Below are positions 36,867 to 45,857 of a stretch of DNA of 64,000 nucleotides, piece by piece. The position numbers and the translations under genes are program-made. Position 1 is the first letter of the stretch, and each line of letters starts with the position of its first letter. This DNA comes from an uncultured Flavobacteriales bacterium (GTDB lineage: Bacteria > Bacteroidota > Bacteroidia > AKYH767-A > 2013-40CM-41-45), in assembly GCA_964356415.1 (NCBI GenBank), contig CAYHHK010000002.1:13732-77731 (forward strand), read 5' to 3'. The notes beneath the pieces were generated by a model. It made no database searches. It had not been told where the DNA came from and was given only the letters and a program-made list of their open reading frames with translations.

Positions 36867-37959
36867 ATGACAATCGTACAATTAAAAGATTTAAAGGAGC
36901 GTATTGAAGCCCTGAGGGGGTTTCTTTGACGTAGAGGGAAAACTGAAAGCAATCAAAGAGGAAGAGGATAAATCCCATTCGCCTGATTTCTGGAATAATC
37001 CAAAGGAAGCAGAAAAATTACTCAAAGGAATCAAGCAAAAGAAAAACTGGACTGTTGCATTTAACGCATTGAATAGTTCTTATGAAGACCTCAGCGTACT
37101 ATTTGACTTTTTAAAAACAGGCGACACTTCAGAAAAAGAAGTGGATGAACACTATGTTCAAACCTTGAAACTTCTTGATGATCTGGAGTTCAAACGAATG
37201 CTTGGAGGTGAAGAGGATCAGCTGAATGCCATCCTCAATATCAACAGTGGTGCAGGCGGAACTGAAAGCCAGGACTGGGCTGATATGCTCATGCGCATGT
37301 ATATTATGTGGGGCGAGAAAAATGGTTACAAAGTTGTTGAAGTCGATAAACAGGAAGGTGAAGCGGCAGGGATAAAGTCCGCAACGCTTGAATTCACCGG
37401 TGATTTTGCTTACGGATATCTCAAAGCTGAAAGCGGAGTCCACAGACTTGTCCGTATTTCTCCTTTTGATTCAAATGCCAAGCGGCATACTTCCTTTGCT
37501 TCTGTCTTTGCTTATCCCGTTGTTGATGATACCATAGAAATCGAGATCAAAGATGCAGACCTTGAAGTCCAGACTTCCCGCTCCGGAGGTGCCGGCGGAC
37601 AGAACGTAAACAAGGTTGAAACCAAGGTTCAGATGAAGCACTTACCTACAGGTATTGTTGTCGTTTGCCAGGTAGAGCGCTCGCAAGGCGGCAATAAGGC
37701 ACGTGCTTTGAAAATGTTGAAGTCACAGTTGTATGAATTGGAACTACGGAAACGCAATGATGCAAAAGCTGTAACAGAAGCAGGGAAGAAAAAAATCGAA
37801 TGGGGTTCTCAGATACGTTCTTACGTTTTTCATCCGTACAAAATGGTGAAAGACCTGCGGACTGATTATGAGACCAGCGATGTTCAGGGCGTGATGGATG
37901 GTGACCTGAATGAGTTTATGAAGGCGTATTTGATGGAGAATGCGAGTACGAAGGTGTGA
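36867..37959 (+). CDS. prfB: peptide chain release factor 2 with programmed +1 ribosomal frameshift
   Basis: Frame 0 runs 36867..36926 ([20 protein letters not shown]) and ends at CTT TGA C (36924-36930), preceded by an SD-like AGGGGG. The +1 frame 36928..37959 continues [13 protein letters not shown]... The SPF, GGQ ([11 protein letters not shown]) and peptide-anticodon regions of RF2 are present. Confidence 0.9.
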
Positions 37960-38112
37960 GGAGGTGATGAGGTTAAGGAGTTACGAAGTGATTAAGTGAC
38001 GAGGTGGGAATGTGACTGGGTGAGATTGAAAATAATTAATCCCGCATATATCAGTCTTAGATTAGCAACAATATCCCGAACTTTGATTTCTAAATCATAT
38101 GCTTTAGGAACA

Positions 38113-38478
38113 ATGCGCCCACATCGAAAACTAATTGCCTGGCAGGAATCAATTCAATTTGCAAAGGATATTTATCTTCTAGCTCGATTACTTCCCAGTG
38201 AAGAAAAATTCGGCTTAACCTCTCAAATGAGAAGAGCAGTTGTTTCAATTTCCCTGAATATTGCTGAAGGAGCAGCGAGGCAATCTGAAAAAGAATTTAT
38301 CAGATTTCTTTTCTTCTCTGAAGGATCTTGCAGCGAAATAGATACACTACTTGAGATTTGTAAAATCCTAGAATACTTCCCAGAAGAAAAACTGGAATTC
38401 TATATAAATAAAAATGAAAAAATTTCAGCTTTGGTTATGGGCCTTAGGAAAAGCCTTGAAAGAAAAATCGGAAGATAG
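38113..38478 (+). CDS. four-helix-bundle protein (TIGR02436; 23S rRNA intervening-sequence protein family)
   Basis: IAWQESIQFAKDIYLLARLLPSEEKFGLTSQMRRAVVSISLNIAEGAARQS. The start is taken at the internal Met; the upstream 39 codons look non-coding. Confidence 0.65.
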   Translation: MRPHRKLIAWQESIQFAKDIYLLARLLPSEEKFGLTSQMRRAVVSISLNIAEGAARQSEKEFIRFLFFSEGSCSEIDTLLEICKILEYFPEEKLEFYINKNEKISALVMGLRKSLERKIGR

Positions 38479-38590
38479 GCTCACGAAATCTTCCTACAGA
38501 CTGCTTTGCTTTCCTCAACTTACTATTTACTCACACATAAACTGAGGCACCTAGTCACTTCGTTACACGGCCTTTTATTTACTTCATCCC

Positions 38591-38935
38591 TTGATACAAA
38601 TATTCTACAAACCCAACTGCTCAACAAGCATTTCTGCTCTCCAACTCCTCAAAAAAAATTCAAAAGAGGAAATTGAGAAGATTGAATACCTCCTTGATAC
38701 TCCTTCAGAAAAAAAACTGAAAGCAATCCTGAAGCTCCTTGGCATGAAAGCATCAGAATTCATCCGGAAAAAGGAGCCGCTTTTCAAGGAAAAATTCGAA
38801 GGGAAAAAACTTTCAGAATCTGAATGGATAAAAATCATGGTGGAAAATCCTATCCTGATTGACAGGCCTATTGTGATCAGAGACGGGAAAGCGGTTTTAT
38901 GCCGGCCTGCTGAAAAAGTGCTTGAGTTATTTTGA
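38591..38935 (+). CDS. ArsC/Spx/YffB-family thioredoxin-fold protein
   Basis: MIQIFYKPNCSTS N-terminal Cys motif. 114 aa. Confidence 0.6.
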   Translation: MIQIFYKPNCSTSISALQLLKKNSKEEIEKIEYLLDTPSEKKLKAILKLLGMKASEFIRKKEPLFKEKFEGKKLSESEWIKIMVENPILIDRPIVIRDGKAVLCRPAEKVLELF

Positions 38936-39565
38936 TTTTTTCGAACCCTGATAATATTTACAAACAGGATTCATCACGCAGTCTGAACATTTCGGATCTG
39001 TTGGCCTACAAATTTCACGTCCAAGGAATGAAAAAACCATTCCGATATCCCAATCATCCTGAGGAATAACTTTCATTATTTGTTCTTCAATTTTTTTGGG
39101 GTCTTCTCCATTTGCGATGCCTACACGAGGAGCAACACGAAGCACGTGAAGGTCCACGATCACACCTTCGGGTTTTACTTTTGCTTCGCGCATAATCACA
39201 TTTGCTGATTTTCTTCCTATTCCCGCCAGCGCCGTCAATTCAGCCATGGTAACAGGGATATTCTCTTCTGACTTTAAACGCTGTGCAATTTCAACTAACC
39301 ATTTTGTCTTTTTGAAAAAACTGCGCACCTTTCCAATGTAAGGTTGCAAGCCCTCTGTGGTTGCCCGGGAAAGGGATTCCAAATCGGGATATGCCTTAAA
39401 CAATGCCGGTGAAAGCTGATTGATAAGATCATCGGTAACCTGGGAGGAAAGCACCACCATGACCAGCAATTCATAACGGTTTCTGTAAAGCAAAGGATGT
39501 TTTTTCCCTTTGTATTTTTTCAACAGGGGTTGAATGGCTTCGGCCCAGTTTATTTTGGGTGGCAT
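38927..39565 (-). CDS. nth: endonuclease III
   Basis: HhH-GPD (LTALAGIGRKSANVI). C-terminal C-x6-C-x2-C-x5-C 4Fe-4S cluster (CRPTDPKCSDCVMNPVC). Confidence 0.9.
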   Translation of the reverse strand: MPPKINWAEAIQPLLKKYKGKKHPLLYRNRYELLVMVVLSSQVTDDLINQLSPALFKAYPDLESLSRATTEGLQPYIGKVRSFFKKTKWLVEIAQRLKSEENIPVTMAELTALAGIGRKSANVIMREAKVKPEGVIVDLHVLRVAPRVGIANGEDPKKIEEQIMKVIPQDDWDIGMVFSFLGREICRPTDPKCSDCVMNPVCKYYQGSKKSK

Positions 39566-39682
39566 AGCAGAAAATTAGTTGGCTAAAACTAAGTTATCAA
39601 TGTGACACCATAAAAATATTTTAATCTTAAAATCGTACTTTTGCCGGCGCAAAGGACAATTATTCAACAAAACTTAATAATT

Positions 39683-39928
39683 ATGAATCTCCAGGCAGAA
39701 AAAAAATGGATCAAATCTGAAGTTGACAAAATCAACGATGAGTCATTGATTCAGGCTTTTAAAAATCTCCTCGATTTCGCAAGAAAGAAAGCGTACAACG
39801 TGAATCATTCTCCAATGAGCATGGAGGATTTCTTTCAGCGAATTGACATTTCAAAGGAAGACATCAAAAAGGGTCGGGTTAAAAATCACCAGAAGGTTAA
39901 GGCAGTTATTGAGTCATGGAGAAAATAA
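39683..39928 (+). CDS. putative type II antitoxin / addiction-module component (TIGR02574-like)
   Basis: 81 aa from the internal Met (the track ORF starts at 39641). C-terminal ISKEDIKKGRVKNHQKVKAVIESW. Its 3' end overlaps by 13 nt the ATG of a RelE/ParE-like ORF. Confidence 0.4.
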   Translation: MNLQAEKKWIKSEVDKINDESLIQAFKNLLDFARKKAYNVNHSPMSMEDFFQRIDISKEDIKKGRVKNHQKVKAVIESWRK

Positions 39929-40137
39929 AGTTATCGATCATCTAAGTTAATACGCTTGAAAAAGGCTTTGAAAAAAGGGGACAACGTGAATTGTTACTTG
40001 CACATTACAAGGAAGAATATCGATATCTCCTTTCAGGGAATTACAAAATAATTTATTCCTTATTGGATGGAGTAGTCTACATCAATTCCATTTTTGATGT
40101 GAGACAAAATCCCGAAAAACTCTCTCACAAAAAATAA
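39916..40137 (+). pseudogene. degraded RelE/ParE-family toxin gene (in-frame TAA at codon 10, N-terminally shortened)
   Basis: Single frame [94 protein letters not shown] matches the RelE/ParE core (WRLRIGDYRIIYRIDDE..VYIL). The TAA lies at 39943-39945. Confidence 0.45.
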
Positions 40138-40148
40138 TCATATTAAAT

Positions 40149-41549
40149 ATGCAATTCCGCAAAGAAAAAGACACCATGGGAACCGTTGAAGTTCCTGCAC
40201 ATGTTTACTGGGGCGCACAAACACAACGTTCCATTGAAAACTTCAAAATCGCCGAGGACATTAATAAAATGCCGAAAGAAATAATACAGGCATTTGCTTA
40301 CCTCAAGAAAGCAGCAGCACTTACCAACCTCGATGCAGGCATTTTGACGAAGGACAAATGTGACCTGATTGCAAAAGTTTGCGATGAAATTCTCGAAGGA
40401 AAACTGGATGATCAGTTTCCGCTCGTTGTATGGCAGACCGGCAGCGGCACGCAAAGCAACATGAATGTGAACGAAGTGGTTGCTTATCGGGCACACGTGC
40501 TTAGCGGTGGAAACTTACTTGATGAGAAAAAAGCGATTCATCCGAATGACGACGTTAATAAATCACAATCGTCTAATGATACCTTCCCCACCGCCATGCA
40601 CATCGCTGCTTACAGGATGCTGATGGAAACAACGATTCCGGGAATAAAGAAACTCAGGGATACGCTTGCGGCAAAGTCAAAGGAATTTATGGCGGTTGTA
40701 AAGATCGGGCGCACTCATTTTATGGATGCCACTCCCCTCACCCTCGGGCAGGAAATCTCCGGATATGTTTCTCAGCTTGATCACGGCATCCGTGCCATTG
40801 AGCATACACTTTCACATCTTGCAGAATTAGCACTCGGTGGAACTGCAGTTGGTACCGGAATCAATACACCTCCCGGATATTCCGAAAATGTAGCAAAGCA
40901 TATTGCCACACTCACAAAGCTTCCGTTCGTAACAGCAGAAAATAAATTTGAATCACTGGCTGCACATGATGCCATTGTAGAAGCACACGGTGCATTGAAA
41001 ACTGTGGCAGTAAGCCTGATGAAAATCGGAAATGACATCAGGATGTTGTCTTCCGGCCCGCGATGCGGCATCGGAGAAATATTTATTCCTGACAATGAGC
41101 CGGGATCCAGTATTATGCCCGGTAAAGTAAATCCTACACAATGCGAAGCAATAACCATGGTGGCTGCACAAGTTATGGGAAATGACGTAGCCATCAATAT
41201 TGGTGGTGCAACCGGCCATTTTGAGCTGAATGTCTTTAAGCCGGTGATGATCTATAACTTCCTTCACAGCGCACGCCTGATCGGTGATGCCTGCGTTTCA
41301 TTTAATGATAAATGTGCAGTTGGCATTGAGCCAATTCATGAAAATATAAAGAATAACCTTTACAATTCATTGATGCTTGTCACAGCCCTCAACACCAAAA
41401 TTGGATATTATAAAGCAGCGGAGATTGCCCAAACAGCCCATAAACAAGGCAAAACTTTAAAACAAACAGCCATTGATCTTGGTTATGTTACATCTGAGCA
41501 GTTTGATGAGTGGGTGAAACCGGAGGAGATGGTGGGGGAAATAAGGTAG
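40149..41549 (+). CDS. fumC: class II fumarate hydratase
   Basis: [16 protein letters not shown] signature. 466 aa. Confidence 0.95.
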   Translation: MQFRKEKDTMGTVEVPAHVYWGAQTQRSIENFKIAEDINKMPKEIIQAFAYLKKAAALTNLDAGILTKDKCDLIAKVCDEILEGKLDDQFPLVVWQTGSGTQSNMNVNEVVAYRAHVLSGGNLLDEKKAIHPNDDVNKSQSSNDTFPTAMHIAAYRMLMETTIPGIKKLRDTLAAKSKEFMAVVKIGRTHFMDATPLTLGQEISGYVSQLDHGIRAIEHTLSHLAELALGGTAVGTGINTPPGYSENVAKHIATLTKLPFVTAENKFESLAAHDAIVEAHGALKTVAVSLMKIGNDIRMLSSGPRCGIGEIFIPDNEPGSSIMPGKVNPTQCEAITMVAAQVMGNDVAINIGGATGHFELNVFKPVMIYNFLHSARLIGDACVSFNDKCAVGIEPIHENIKNNLYNSLMLVTALNTKIGYYKAAEIAQTAHKQGKTLKQTAIDLGYVTSEQFDEWVKPEEMVGEIR

Positions 41550-41600
41550 GCAGTAGGCAGTAGGCAGTGGGCAAAATAAAAATAATAAGTGACTTTATAA

Positions 41601-42083
41601 ATGCGTATTATTATTCTGGCAGTAATATTTTCAAGCTTTCAGATTCAAATATTAAGTGCACAATCAAGGATTATAAAATTCAATACGATTGATTGGCTGC
41701 TTCATCATCAGACAGATGCAATAGTGGTCCTTAATTTCTGGGCAACATGGTGCAAGCCCTGTGTATCTGAACTTCCGTATTTTGAGGAGCTGAATAAAAA
41801 TTATGCTTCATCTGGAATTAAAGTCATCCTTGTTTCCCTTGATTTCAAAAGGGAATTTGAATCGAGGGTTAAGCCATTCATTGAAAAAAACAAAATCACT
41901 TCTGAAGTGTTACTCCTTGACGAACCGGATCACAATTCATGGATTGACAAGGTGGATTCCACCTGGAGCGGAGCAATACCTGCAACAGTTATAATCGCCG
42001 GAAACAAAAAACTATTTTTCGAAAAAGAATTTACTTCTTATGCAGAACTTGAAACTATTATAAAACCCTTAATTCAAAAATAA
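41601..42083 (+). CDS. TlpA-like thiol-disulfide oxidoreductase (redoxin)
   Basis: Signal peptide. WATWCKPC thioredoxin motif. Confidence 0.6.
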   Translation: MRIIILAVIFSSFQIQILSAQSRIIKFNTIDWLLHHQTDAIVVLNFWATWCKPCVSELPYFEELNKNYASSGIKVILVSLDFKREFESRVKPFIEKNKITSEVLLLDEPDHNSWIDKVDSTWSGAIPATVIIAGNKKLFFEKEFTSYAELETIIKPLIQK

Positions 42084-42085
42084 AA

Positions 42086-42700
42086 ATGAAAACCAAACTC
42101 TTTTCAATTGCAGTATTGTGCTGCTCACTCCTTTTTATTTCAGCAACTCCCGACGCTTATTCCCCCGGTAGCAAAGCCACAGACTTCAAATTAAAAAATG
42201 TAGATGGGAAAATGGTTTCCCTTGCTGATTACAAAGACGCACAGGGATTCATTGTAATATTCACTTGCAACCATTGCCCGTTTTCAAAAGCCTATGAAGA
42301 CCGCATCATTGCCTTGCACAATAAATATACTGCTAAAGGTTATCCCGTTGTTGCCATTAACTCGAATGATAAAACAATTGCTCCTGATGATTCTTATGAG
42401 GGAATGATTGAACGGGCGAAAGAGAAAAAGTTCCCTTTCGTTTACCTTTATGATGAAAGCCAGGAAATCGCGAAGACCTATGGCGCAACCAGAACTCCAC
42501 ATATGTATATTTTGAAAAAAGAAGGCAATGGCCTCGTTGTAAAATATGTTGGTGCAATTGATGACAATTCCGATAACCCTTCTATGGTTACTAAGAAATA
42601 CCTTGAAAATGCAATGGATGAAATCCTGGCGGGAAAAGAAGTGAGCACCGCTACAACCAAAGCAATCGGATGCACGATCAAATGGAAAGATACTAAATAA
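42086..42700 (+). CDS. thioredoxin-fold protein (CxxC = CNHC), secreted
   Basis: Signal peptide MKTKLFSIAVLCCSLLFISA. FTCNHCPFSKAY. Confidence 0.55.
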   Translation: MKTKLFSIAVLCCSLLFISATPDAYSPGSKATDFKLKNVDGKMVSLADYKDAQGFIVIFTCNHCPFSKAYEDRIIALHNKYTAKGYPVVAINSNDKTIAPDDSYEGMIERAKEKKFPFVYLYDESQEIAKTYGATRTPHMYILKKEGNGLVVKYVGAIDDNSDNPSMVTKKYLENAMDEILAGKEVSTATTKAIGCTIKWKDTK

Positions 42701-42711
42701 TAGTTTTACCA

Positions 42712-42753
42712 ATAAAAAATTCGTCTGACATAAATTCAGACGGATTTTTTTTG
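42712..42753. terminator. bidirectional rho-independent terminator
   Basis: A6-TTCGTCTGA-cataaat-TCAGACGGA-T8. It lies between convergent genes. Confidence 0.65.
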
Positions 42754-42762
42754 TGGCTTTAA

Positions 42763-43533
42763 TTATTTTTTCTTCTCCTGATCAGCATCTTTTCCTGACG
42801 CATCTTTGCTAATTTCGGCGGGCTTGTCCAACAACTCAATATTGCCTTTAGCAAGAGCGAAATCAGGCATAATTTTTAACGCCTCTTCAAAAGCCGCTCT
42901 GGCTTTGTCAGCCATTCTTAATTCCTTAAAAATGATCCCCCTCATATTCAAAGCTGCAGCTTTCAATGGCACTTGCTGTTGGGTAGTCTGGTCAACATTA
43001 ATTGCAATTTTGTCAGTAGTTGATTTCGGGTCATTAATGATAATGTCGATCATCTGGTTGCATTCCCCGATTCTCTTCAAGTAAAATTGCTGTACGGCTG
43101 TCTGATAAGCATAATATATGTTGCCTGTCTTTAGAAACATCTTCTCATACATTGCCAGTGACTCTTTATTTTTGCTTAGCTGGGTATACGAAAGTGCTAC
43201 CATCTCCATAACACTCAGGTTATTGGTGTCACGCTGAAGGTACTGGTTGCCTGCCATAATACACTGAGGCATTTGACCGAGAGAAAAATAAAGGGTTACC
43301 AAAGAGTCCATATAATTCAGACTGTCGGGATGCCTGATTATCAAATTATATAATGCTGTTTTAGCCACTTCATAATCACCGTAAGTGATGGCTTTGTGAT
43401 ATAGCTGCAGGTCAAATTCCTGTGCAACTATTTTGGGTTTTTCAATATTTGCAACACTGCCTTTCGGCTTTGTCTGGGCTGATGCACAGGTAACAAATAA
43501 CAGGAAAGACAGAATGATGCTGAATGATTTCAT
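42763..43533 (-). CDS. secreted TPR-repeat protein
   Basis: Signal peptide MKSFSIILSFLLFVTCASAQ from the internal ATG at 43533. TPR-like helical repeats. KK-rich C-terminus. Confidence 0.55.
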   Translation of the reverse strand: MKSFSIILSFLLFVTCASAQTKPKGSVANIEKPKIVAQEFDLQLYHKAITYGDYEVAKTALYNLIIRHPDSLNYMDSLVTLYFSLGQMPQCIMAGNQYLQRDTNNLSVMEMVALSYTQLSKNKESLAMYEKMFLKTGNIYYAYQTAVQQFYLKRIGECNQMIDIIINDPKSTTDKIAINVDQTTQQQVPLKAAALNMRGIIFKELRMADKARAAFEEALKIMPDFALAKGNIELLDKPAEISKDASGKDADQEKKK

Positions 43534-43604
43534 TTGAAAGTAAATTGAATGGCAATAATAGAAAGAAAAACTCAACTGAGACACAAACTTTTCTATTCGG
43601 TACT

Positions 43605-43652
43605 GGCTCAGTTTGAGAGATTCCTCTCTTGCCTGAGGCGAGAGAGGAATGA
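43605..43652. repeat. hairpin-containing short dispersed repeat, copy A
   Basis: GGCTCAGTTTGAGAG-ATTCCTCTCTTGCC-tgag-GCGAGAGAGGAAT is a 13-bp stem with one G.U. It is related to 61036..61100. Confidence 0.6.
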
Positions 43653-43705
43653 TAGACTATAAATTGTGTTTGTCCACAAATTACTACTACCTTGAGTATT
43701 TTTTC

Positions 43706-45202
43706 ATGCGATACTTGCTTTTAATATTCCTACTCACTTCTGTTTTCTCGCAAGGGCAAAACAGAAATAACATTTGGTGCTTCGGCGATAGTGCAGGAAT
43801 TGATTTTAATATACTTTCAAATCCTCAATCAATTTCTACTTCTTTGCGCACCCGTGGAAGTTCATGTTCAATTGCTGATACGGCAGGTAATTTACTTTTC
43901 TATGCCAATACGAGAGCAGGAATAATTGGGAATACTACTTTAGTATGGAATAAGAATCATCAGCATATGCAAAATGGAGATTCAATAGTAGGTGAAGGAT
44001 GGTATTATGAATTAATTATTACTCCCAATCCTGCCAATAATCATACTTATTATCTCTTTACAGTCGGGGTAACAAGCAGCGGCGATCAAGGCTTGTATTA
44101 TTCTCAAATTGACATGAATCAAAACGGTGGGCTTGGTTCAGTTGTGCAGAAGAATATTATGCTTTTAAGCGATCCTTCCTCAGATAACATTTCTGCTATT
44201 AAGCACGGCAATGGCAGAGATTGGTGGATTTTTTTTAGAAAAAGGACCACACCAATCAATGAATTCTATTCATACTTGATTTCTCCGTTTGGAATTCAAT
44301 GACCTAATATTCAGACAATAGGCAGCGTAAGTAATTCAAATGTATTAAGGCAAGTATTTTCTTACAAGGGAGACAAATTACTTTCTGTAAATTATGCAGG
44401 ACTAATAGAACTTTATAATTTCGACAGATGTACAGGTGTAATAAGTAATCCTGTAACCATTCAACCGGAAACATGTTGCCCTTACCCCCATTATGTAAGC
44501 GCCTCTTTCTCGCCAAATGGAAATAGAATTTATGTTTGCAATAATGATCAGGATAGCTGTTTTTTATTTCAATTTGATCTCTCAGCCCCAAACATTCTAA
44601 ACAGTAAAGACACAGTTTGGATTTTTACGAATCCTCTTGCTTACTATCCTTTAGGCGTTACAAAATTAGCTCCAGACGGTAAAATTTATGTTGCGACCGG
44701 TTACTACAATGGTGTGCAGAATTTTTATCCTTATGCAGACAGTATGTATAACTACATCAATATGAATTTAAGCGTTATCAACTATCCTGATTTACTCGGT
44801 TCATCCTGCGATTTTCAACCTTTCAGTTTTAATTTAGGGGGCAAGCGTGCTTATTATGGTTTACCAAACAATCCCGATTATGATCTAGGTCCAGACACAG
44901 GAAGCGTATGCGATACTGTAATTTTTATTGGAACAAATGAAGTACAAAAATCAATAAGCACTTTCAATACTTTTTATCACTCGGGTTGGCATACCACCTT
45001 CATCAACGCACAAGGACTGCAAGGAAATAATTATTCACTAAGCATTTTTGACATCACGGGTAAACAACTATTTTCAGAACAAGGAAAACTTGCTTCACAA
45101 TATTTCACAAAAGATTTACCGTGCAACTTCGCAAATGGAATCTACATCATTTCACTTAGCACAGAAAAAGAAAAACTAACAGGGAGATTCATCATTCAAT
45201 AA
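43706..45202 (+). pseudogene. T9SS cargo gene interrupted by a single in-frame TGA (44300-44302)
   Basis: One continuous frame from 43649/43706 to 45202; I hand-translated 44303-44713 and found no other stop. Signal peptide MRYLLLIFLLTSVFSQGQ. C-terminal CTD …YSLSIFDITGKQLF…NGIYIISLSTEKEKLTGRFIIQ. Confidence 0.55.
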
Positions 45203-45224
45203 AAATCATTTAAGGGAGACTTAC

Positions 45225-45362
45225 ATCAGCAAATTACCGCTTGATTATAATGCAAGTCAGAAAATAATCTCTGTCGAGAATATTTCTCAGGGACTATATC
45301 TGTTCAACATCATTCAATCTGGCAATATGATCTCATCGGGCAAGTTTAGTGTCGTACACTAA
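45225..45362 (+). pseudogene. vestigial start-less T9SS CTD fragment immediately 3' of an intact CTD
   Basis: The +1 frame encodes ISKLPLDYNASQKIISVENISQGLYLFNIIQSGNMISSGKFSVVH*, which matches the distal CTD strands. There is no start codon and no upstream coding. Confidence 0.4.
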
Positions 45363-45857
45363 AATATGCACACTTATTATTTCTTTACTACTACCCATAC
45401 TTGAGGATTGTTAATAAAAGAATTACATGAAAAACCTCATTTCCCTGAATATCCTCGGATAAAACTCATAGCAAAAATTCCTATCCTCTCGCAATCCTGA
45501 AACTTCACACCGGGATGGGAATCTTTACAACTCAAACTGATGTACCTCTTATCCATTCTCCCGACGAGTTACAAAATTGCAAGATTTTAATTTATAGTAT
45601 ATTTACTTCCTGTTTAAGTACCTGAAAATTTTTCTGATTGTTTCAGCAACCATATCAATTGCTGCAAATACAATAAAAGAATCTGAAGCAGGCATTCTTT
45701 ACAGGTAGATTCAAAAATGAAACTTCAACACCAAAAATAATAAGAACAAGTATTCCGGGACGGGATTCAACCAATGCATACATACTTTATTTTTTTTCAG
45801 GTATGGAATCAGCATTAACATGACCTCTTCAGCCGGATTTTTAATTCCCGTAACTCT

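Noticed and set aside
37996-38112. N-terminal 39-codon extension of the four-helix-bundle ORF.
   Set aside because: The extension (MTRWECDWVRLKIINPAYISLRLATISRTL...) has no family counterpart. Homologues are ~120 aa, so the internal Met at 38113 was used.
44300-44302. In-frame TGA read as selenocysteine.
   Set aside because: The context is a secreted T9SS cargo with no redox CxxU motif. I saw no SECIS-like stem-loop immediately downstream and no sel genes in the window. Pseudogene or sequencing error is more parsimonious.
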